Source of the DNA: a virus
Length of the DNA stretch: 64,000 bases
IMG/VR virus record: IMGVR_UViG_3300025151_000019
Location: 31,640-95,639 of that record
Direction: 5' to 3' (one strand)
Shown here: in pieces, positions 58,274 through 64,000 of the stretch
How the letters are laid out: every line of letters starts with the position of its first letter
Numbering within the stretch: the stretch's first letter is position 1
The notes under the pieces: generated by a model
Told to the model about the DNA's origin: nothing
Seen by the model: only the letters and a program-made list of their open reading frames with translations
Databases searched by the model: none
Made by a program: the position numbers and the translations under genes

Positions 58274-58543
58274 ATGTCATGGGAAGATACTCTTTGTAAA
58301 GGTGGTCGTTGCACAAGAGCAACAAAAAAGACCTCCTCAACAAGAAAGGGTAAAAAATGGATGAAGTGTGTTAAAAACCGTAAAGGTAAAGGATATGTTA
58401 GAAGACATTGGGGGCAAAAGGGAGTTACTGTTTCTGGTAAAAGAAGCGGTAAGCGAAGGAGTCAGTTTAGAGCAAGACATAATTGTAAATCTTGTAAAGG
58501 TGGAGACAATTCTCCGAGATGTTTGGCTTGTGGGGATTGGTAA
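58274..58543 (+). CDS. Leader family protein: very basic, Cys/His-containing
   Basis: MSWEDTLCK; KKWMKCV..HWGQKG..FRARHNC. Confidence 0.7.
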   Translation: MSWEDTLCKGGRCTRATKKTSSTRKGKKWMKCVKNRKGKGYVRRHWGQKGVTVSGKRSGKRRSQFRARHNCKSCKGGDNSPRCLACGDW

Positions 58544-58545
58544 TT

Positions 58546-59271
58546 ATGGATTGGTTTGATGAACTCCAAAAAAAGAAAGAGAAGGGAATGAGAAAACTAT
58601 CACAATATTTAGAGGATAACGGATTTAGTATCGTTGAACAAGAAGAAGGAGGAAAGCATTTAACAATCAAGGTTAGGAGACTTGAAGATAAAAATGATGT
58701 TGATGCACAAACAGTCGTTACAACAGTTTCACATAAAACATCTGGAGATTCGGGAAAGGGTCGTCTAAAAATGGTATTAAGAGAAATTCAAAATTTATTT
58801 AGAGGTAGAAAAAGAAGAGGACAAGGTGAGTTTAAGTTGTCGGAAAATTATAAAGAAGAAACATGGACAGATATTTTAAAAATAGATGGTGGTTCTATTG
58901 TGCAGTTTATTCAACTGTTAGTAGATGCAGATTTACCGCTTCAAATGGCGAGAAAATTAAATGGGAAAATGAAGGAATTATATCCTACTGGAGATAGCGA
59001 AAGCATCCGACCTAAACGAAGACTTTCTGATAATAAGTCTATTAGATATTTTAATGATAAGGTTAAAGCGATGTCTGTTCAAAAAAGAGCAAGAATCGCA
59101 TCCAAAATAGCAGGACTTTATGAGACTACTGACGACACTTCAATGAAACCTGGAGAGGGTTATGATGGTTCAGTTCGTTCACAAACACGACCAGAACAAT
59201 TTGAAAATATCACAGATGCTGAATTAGAAATGTTAGTTAAATATATGCTACACCTAATTGAAACGATGTGA
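58546..59271 (+). CDS. Leader family protein with a HicA-like N-domain and an internal second leader
   Basis: MDWFDELQK; LEDNGF..GGKHLTIKV; internal WTDILK. Confidence 0.65.
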   Translation: MDWFDELQKKKEKGMRKLSQYLEDNGFSIVEQEEGGKHLTIKVRRLEDKNDVDAQTVVTTVSHKTSGDSGKGRLKMVLREIQNLFRGRKRRGQGEFKLSENYKEETWTDILKIDGGSIVQFIQLLVDADLPLQMARKLNGKMKELYPTGDSESIRPKRRLSDNKSIRYFNDKVKAMSVQKRARIASKIAGLYETTDDTSMKPGEGYDGSVRSQTRPEQFENITDAELEMLVKYMLHLIETM

Positions 59272-59276
59272 TATGT

Positions 59277-59564
59277 ATGGCTTGGGAAAGTATCATCAAG
59301 AGAAAGGAATTGCCCGCACCTAAAAATAGTGGTGTTAAAGACAGGGTTCTTTCAGATTTTGAAGTGCCTACCCTAAGAGATAGACTTGGCCCGTATGAAA
59401 AAAAGGTTCCTGGAATTGAAATTTTTGAAGCCCTTCACGAAAGATTAGTTAGTATTATAACTTTTATTATTTTGGAAGAAAATAAGTATAAAATTTCTCC
59501 AGAACTTAAAGAAATCAAAAGAGAGATAAAGGAGTTACAAGAATTATTTGAGAATTTTTATTGA
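59277..59564 (+). CDS. Leader family protein (MAWESIIK)
   Basis: Shared leader. Confidence 0.65.
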   Translation: MAWESIIKRKELPAPKNSGVKDRVLSDFEVPTLRDRLGPYEKKVPGIEIFEALHERLVSIITFIILEENKYKISPELKEIKREIKELQELFENFY

Positions 59565-59573
59565 GGGGTAAAT

Positions 59574-59933
59574 ATGACTTGGGAAAATATTTTAAAAACC
59601 GAATTTGAAGTGGTTGAAGAATATAATATATACGACGACCCAAAGTTTTACACACCTAAACAACGAGACAGAAAGAAAAAGGAAATGGAAGAGGCTAAAC
59701 GAAGATTAGGTCGGGATAATTTCATGGTGAGAGAGATTCCAGATATGGAACAAGTAAGACATAGAAATATTAACATTAGTATCATGAGAGAGGCAATAGA
59801 TGATGCTTTAGAATTAGTTGATTTGTATAAAGATATTCCTTCAGTAGATAAAATGAAAGTTAGGGAAATTGAGCGTAGAATAAAAAAGATAGCAACAATG
59901 CTTCAAAGTTCTAAATTAACACAACCATTGTAG
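59574..59933 (+). CDS. Leader family protein (MTWENILK)
   Basis: Shared leader. Confidence 0.7.
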   Translation: MTWENILKTEFEVVEEYNIYDDPKFYTPKQRDRKKKEMEEAKRRLGRDNFMVREIPDMEQVRHRNINISIMREAIDDALELVDLYKDIPSVDKMKVREIERRIKKIATMLQSSKLTQPL

Positions 59934-59943
59934 GAGGGATAAA

Positions 59944-60789
59944 ATGTCTTGGGAAAATATTGTTAAAAGAACCAATAAGATTAATCTTATTAATGCCTAC
60001 AAAGAAGCCATTAAAAAATATTATGAAGAAAATGATTTAGGTGAATTTGATTTAGAAAGACTCCACTCAGAAAGTAAAGATTATGCAATTACATATCTTC
60101 GCAGGCATCCAAATGTAAATCCAAGGGCAGTAAGTTCTTGGTTTAAACACAAGTCAAAAAACGTATTACGACAAGTTATTTTACCAGCGATGCAAAATGA
60201 GGGATTAATTGAAAGAATTAATTCTAAAAGACAAACAGGTTTATACAAATCTTGGGACTCTACATTAAAATCAAAAGCAACTAAGGCAAGAAGATTAGTT
60301 GAAAAGACTATCAAGGAAATGGTAGAACAATATGTTGAAGGTAAAGATAAAATTTTTACTGAGGATTTAAAGCAGCATATTATTGATAATTTAAAAGCCG
60401 AGCATATTAAAAGACACTCAGTTGATGGTAAAGTAAGTAATGTTATTTCACGACAGCCTACCCAATATATTCAACATAAATTAGAGACTACATTCCCTAC
60501 TAAAATTATACCAATGGCAAAAAGTTTTGGGTATGGTATAGTATATGGAAGACCGAGCCGAGGAAAACCTACATATCTTATTAAGAAATCAGACTCTTGG
60601 GAATCAATGACTGATTCCATGATTGCAGAAGGTAAATTATTTGAAGCAATCTACGCCGCTATCTTGCAGAAATTTAAATTCTCAGCACCATCTAAGGAAA
60701 AGGTTGTTGCCTACCTAAATGCTAATTATGAAAGGCATCCTTTATTTAGTAATAAGTGGTCTACTAAAAATGAGGGTGAGGGTCAATGA
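59944..60789 (+). CDS. Leader family multi-unit protein
   Basis: MSWENIVK; internal KSWDSTLKS and KKSDSWESM. Confidence 0.7.
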   Translation: MSWENIVKRTNKINLINAYKEAIKKYYEENDLGEFDLERLHSESKDYAITYLRRHPNVNPRAVSSWFKHKSKNVLRQVILPAMQNEGLIERINSKRQTGLYKSWDSTLKSKATKARRLVEKTIKEMVEQYVEGKDKIFTEDLKQHIIDNLKAEHIKRHSVDGKVSNVISRQPTQYIQHKLETTFPTKIIPMAKSFGYGIVYGRPSRGKPTYLIKKSDSWESMTDSMIAEGKLFEAIYAAILQKFKFSAPSKEKVVAYLNANYERHPLFSNKWSTKNEGEGQ

Positions 60790-61301
60790 GTTGGAAACAA
60801 ATTTTAAAACTTGCCAGAACAAATAATCCTACTCCTGAAAAACTACACGGAAACGATGCGTATTTAGTAAATGATGATATTTATAGAGAGGCTGGCGGTT
60901 CAGTAATAGATTTTAGTAGAATGAAACCAGACGGAACCTATGAGTCCAGCGAAGGCGATAGATTTATGGATATTGAAGATATTGAAGAAGCCATAGGAAG
61001 AAAATTAACAATTAATGATTTTAAAAACCATCACCTTAATTGGAAAAGCAACACAAATAAAACTCTATTAGATAGAGTCGGCGGTCTTAGGGGACAACAA
61101 CAATTAGCAGAAAATCAAATTGAAGAAATGCTTGATGGGTTACATAGAGGACAACCTGTTGATTCACCGCAAACATATTTTAATATTTTTAAAGCATTTA
61201 TGGAAATATTTGGTGATAAATCCCGACTTGTTGATGAGGTTATTTATGCCTTAAGAACATACATGGGTATTTATGCTACAAGGCAAGGTGATGGTCAATG
61301 A
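60786..61301 (+). CDS. Leader family protein (MSWKQILK)
   Basis: Shared leader. Confidence 0.7.
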   Translation: MSWKQILKLARTNNPTPEKLHGNDAYLVNDDIYREAGGSVIDFSRMKPDGTYESSEGDRFMDIEDIEEAIGRKLTINDFKNHHLNWKSNTNKTLLDRVGGLRGQQQLAENQIEEMLDGLHRGQPVDSPQTYFNIFKAFMEIFGDKSRLVDEVIYALRTYMGIYATRQGDGQ

Positions 61302-61474
61302 GTTGGAAAAGGTTAATCAAAGAATATACTCGTGAGGATAGTTTAGAATATTTATTTGGTCAAGTTTATGAAGTGCTTGGGGACTTAGAATTTAATGTTA
61401 TGAAAGAAAAAGATTACTCGGATGAGTTCAAAACTTTTAAAAAAGTATTAGAGGATTTATTTAAGGAGTTGTAA
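61298..61474 (+). CDS. Leader family 58-aa protein (MSWKRLIK; not in the ORF track)
   Basis: Translated by hand; fills the gap exactly. Confidence 0.65.
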   Translation: MSWKRLIKEYTREDSLEYLFGQVYEVLGDLEFNVMKEKDYSDEFKTFKKVLEDLFKEL

Positions 61475-61476
61475 TA

Positions 61477-61707
61477 ATGAGTTGGGAAGACATTCTTAAG
61501 AGAAATAAGGGTGGAAGAGGTCGCACCCGTAAAAAGGGCAAGGCTCGCAAGAAAAGAAAAAAGGCGAGCAGAAAAAAAGATGCCTGTTATAATAAGGTTC
61601 GTTCTCGCTACAAAAAATGGCCTTCTGCGTATGCTTCAGGTGCATTAGTTCGTTGTCGTAAGGTGGGTGCTAAAAATTGGGGCAACAAATCAAAGAAAAA
61701 GAAGTGA
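61477..61707 (+). CDS. Leader family protein: K/R-rich, protamine-like
   Basis: MSWEDILK-RNKGGRGRTRKK..KKDACYNKV..WPSAYASGALVRCRK. Confidence 0.7.
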   Translation: MSWEDILKRNKGGRGRTRKKGKARKKRKKASRKKDACYNKVRSRYKKWPSAYASGALVRCRKVGAKNWGNKSKKKK

Positions 61708-61711
61708 TAAT

Positions 61712-62101
61712 ATGAATTGGGAAATTATTTTAAAGGAACTTGCCTGTCCAAGAGCAACACAGGATTTAAAACTAAATACTAAAAATCGTGATGCTTCTAT
61801 TAAAGCAGAACACATCCAATACGGACCACTTAATTTAGAAGACGAAGGTTATTGGGTTAAAGCCGCAGACCATTGGAATACCACACCAGAAGTTGCTAAA
61901 AAATCTCTTTGTAGTAATTGTGTAGCCTTTGATATTTCACCTCGCATGGAAAAGTGTATGCCTTTGGAGGGCGATTTAGGCTACTGTTGGATGCATCACT
62001 TCAAATGTCATAAAGATAGAACTTGCTATACTTGGGCAAAGGGCGGACCTATTGACGACGATAAAACTTCAAAAGAAAATCAAATGAGGGGAAAACAATG
62101 A
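61712..62101 (+). CDS. Leader family protein: Cys-rich metal-binding
   Basis: MNWEIILK; CPRATQD..CSNCVAF..YCWMHHFKC..RTCYTW. Confidence 0.7.
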   Translation: MNWEIILKELACPRATQDLKLNTKNRDASIKAEHIQYGPLNLEDEGYWVKAADHWNTTPEVAKKSLCSNCVAFDISPRMEKCMPLEGDLGYCWMHHFKCHKDRTCYTWAKGGPIDDDKTSKENQMRGKQ

Positions 62102-62682
62102 GTTGGGAAGACATTTTAAAATCAGGCTCTCAAAGTCGTAGAACTAAAAATGTTATACACAAGTCAGTTAAAAAATTAATTTTAGAATTTGCTAAAGGAA
62201 AAGATTCTTTTGATAAATTTGACCTTATGAATTATATTGATAATAATTTAGTTGAGCAGGTTAAACAGGATGGAGAACTTGCTAAAATAATTAATGAAAA
62301 TCAGGTCGCAAGAAGAACTAATGCTTATTTAAAAATTGTTGATAATTATTCAACAATTTGGCATAAATATCTTGCGATACAAGGTTATACATTTACAAGA
62401 GAATCTTCTGGAACTAATCGTGGTGGCTCTTTTTCTAAAAATACATTATCTAAAGCAAAACTGCCAGCCGTTAAAACGGAAAAATATAATCTCTATGTTG
62501 TGTTCCTAAAGAAAATTCTAAAGAAAGAAGGTGGTGCTGCTGGAATGAAAAATTTCCTTGAAGAAGGAAAGAAGATGAAAAACTTTGATGAGAGATTCTT
62601 AAACTATGTAATTAGTGATGCACTTGACCACGGCAATTGGTTAGCCGAACACGAATATGGAGACTTTTATTTAAAGGAGTGA
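62098..62682 (+). CDS. Leader family protein (MSWEDILK)
   Basis: Shared leader; helical domain similar to the second unit of 59944-60789. Confidence 0.7.
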   Translation: MSWEDILKSGSQSRRTKNVIHKSVKKLILEFAKGKDSFDKFDLMNYIDNNLVEQVKQDGELAKIINENQVARRTNAYLKIVDNYSTIWHKYLAIQGYTFTRESSGTNRGGSFSKNTLSKAKLPAVKTEKYNLYVVFLKKILKKEGGAAGMKNFLEEGKKMKNFDERFLNYVISDALDHGNWLAEHEYGDFYLKE

Positions 62683-62687
62683 TTTAG

Positions 62688-63053
62688 GTGTCTTGGGAAG
62701 ATATTCTTCAAAAGAAATCAGCGGCCCGACGAAAGAAGGGTTCTAAGTCCCGTAAAAAGAAAGCACGAAGAGGTGGTAAGTCTCGTAAAAGAAGTGGGAA
62801 GTCTCGTAAAAGAAGTGGGGATAATTTAAAGCGTGAAAAAGACAAGGGACTTCACGGATGGTTTGAAAGAGCAGGTGGAAAAGAAAACAAGGATGGTAAA
62901 AGACAGAAAGGTTGGATTGCTTGCGGAACCTGTAATCAAAAAAATGGTCCGAAACCATGTGGAAGAAAGGATGCTTCAAAGGGAAGAAAAAGAAGATGCA
63001 GACCAACATGTGCTGCCTGTAAAACATACAAAAGAAGGAAGGGAACACCATGA
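62688..63053 (+). CDS. Leader family protein: K/R-rich with a Cys cluster (GTG start)
   Basis: MSWEDILQK; KSRKRSG repeats; GWIACGTC..PCGR..CRPTCAAC. Confidence 0.7.
   Translation: MSWEDILQKKSAARRKKGSKSRKKKARRGGKSRKRSGKSRKRSGDNLKREKDKGLHGWFERAGGKENKDGKRQKGWIACGTCNQKNGPKPCGRKDASKGRKRRCRPTCAACKTYKRRKGTP
62778..62819 (+). repeat. Perfect 21-bp tandem duplication encoding KSRKRSG twice
   Basis: AAGTCTCGTAAAAGAAGTGGG occurs twice in tandem. Confidence 0.9.
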
Positions 63054-63913
63054 ATAATTGGAAGAATATTCTTAAGGCCGACAATATTGGTTTTTACGGA
63101 AGTAAATCGGCTGCTTGGTATGACCCCACTACTAAAGAAACATATGTAAATTTAAATAGAATAGTAGGTTTAGATGATTTTTTAGATGCCGACTTACATG
63201 AAACTATACACCAATTTACATATGACGACATACAAGAAAAAATAAAAGAAGTTGTAGACGAAGAAACTAAATTTCTAATAAATAGACCTGATTTATATAG
63301 AGTTGAAGGAAACAAAGTTCAACCTAAGAGACAACTTTTCAATGAAGTTATTTATCACAGTGATAAAATAGCATCCCACATAGCATTTACAGAAATTGTA
63401 ACACTTATTCAGTCCCGAACTAAAGTAAATTATGAAAATGTTGCTCGTGATGAACAGGGCGAGTCTAATTATGCAGAACTTGACCAACATTATAGCGATA
63501 GACAGAATGTATTAGGTTATAGTAATCAATTTACGGAGGAAATGAAAGCGGCATATGCCCCCATGTGGATAAATATTATGAGAGGGGCGTTAAATGCTTT
63601 AGGTGTAGACTATGACGAAGATAAACCTGGGAGAAATTTTCGTGAACATATAACGGAAAGGGGTTTTAACAGACTTAGAAAATTAAGAGATGATTTTTTC
63701 CGCAACATGGGAAATGAGGCGGCATATATATTGTTAAAGGTTTTAGAAGCAAATGAACAAGCCTTTGAACCAACGCTGGATTATATTAAAAAACCAGAAT
63801 CCTACGCTGATGCTAAGGAAAGAATGAAAAGGTTTGAAGAAGAATCCCCTGAAGATAGAGCAAAGAGAATTAAAGATAAAGTTAAGAAAGCCCTGAGGAA
63901 AAAAAATGAATAA
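63050..63913 (+). CDS. Leader family protein with an HExxH zinc-metallopeptidase-like motif
   Basis: MNNWKNILK; AWYDP..YVNL..DLHETIH. Confidence 0.65.
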   Translation: MNNWKNILKADNIGFYGSKSAAWYDPTTKETYVNLNRIVGLDDFLDADLHETIHQFTYDDIQEKIKEVVDEETKFLINRPDLYRVEGNKVQPKRQLFNEVIYHSDKIASHIAFTEIVTLIQSRTKVNYENVARDEQGESNYAELDQHYSDRQNVLGYSNQFTEEMKAAYAPMWINIMRGALNALGVDYDEDKPGRNFREHITERGFNRLRKLRDDFFRNMGNEAAYILLKVLEANEQAFEPTLDYIKKPESYADAKERMKRFEEESPEDRAKRIKDKVKKALRKKNE

Positions 63914-64000
63914 ATCTTGGAGTGATATTTTAAAAAATATCCAAATTTCTGGACAGAGAACATCAAGTAGAGATTATGTAAAACCAGAAAAAGACGACGA
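63906..64000 (+). CDS. Leader + NIQ-repeat family protein (truncated by the window end)
   Basis: MNKSWSDILK-NIQISGQRTSSRDYVKPEKDD. Confidence 0.75.
   Translation, partial: MNKSWSDILKNIQISGQRTSSRDYVKPEKDD

Noticed and set aside
51095-64000. Leader read as a Sec/Tat secretion signal or lipoprotein signal
   Set aside because: It is too short and has no hydrophobic core, twin-arginine or lipobox.

Overview
AT-rich segment of a tailed (siphovirus-like) archaeal dsDNA virus. It is most probably a magrovirus infecting Marine Group II/Poseidoniales; this is inferred from the archaeal-type replisome, GGTGA Shine-Dalgarno sites and marine phage-type accessory genes, and was not verified by search. 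The window has four blocks. (1) 1-16.6 kb (+) is the tail module: tail tube, a chaperone with a -1 frameshift, tape measure, tail tip, a 2515-aa hub and fibres. (2) 16.6-45.6 kb (-) is a replication, metabolism and regulation block: PolB, PCNA, RFC, a fused PriS-PriL primase, MCM-like helicase, ligase, XPF, Cas4-like and HNH nucleases, GuaB/GuaC, class II RNR, TFB, a histone-fold protein and 2 tRNAs. It also holds an apparently complete virus-encoded ubiquitin-like conjugation set: a Ubl precursor ending GG-NEEE, a JAB protease, an E1 and a candidate E2. (3) 45.6-50.6 kb is a strand-switch region with iteron-like repeats, an AT-rich tract and seven copies of a CCATATGG palindrome next to small early-type genes. 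(4) 51-64 kb (+) is an array of at least 24 consecutive genes that all begin with the same M-x-W-x-x-(I/L)-(L/I/V)-K leader fused to diverse cargo, including a hypervariable NIQISSQRTSSRDYVKP family. The leader resembles a capsid-targeting/maturation signal. All functional calls come from motif recognition by eye; no database searches were run.
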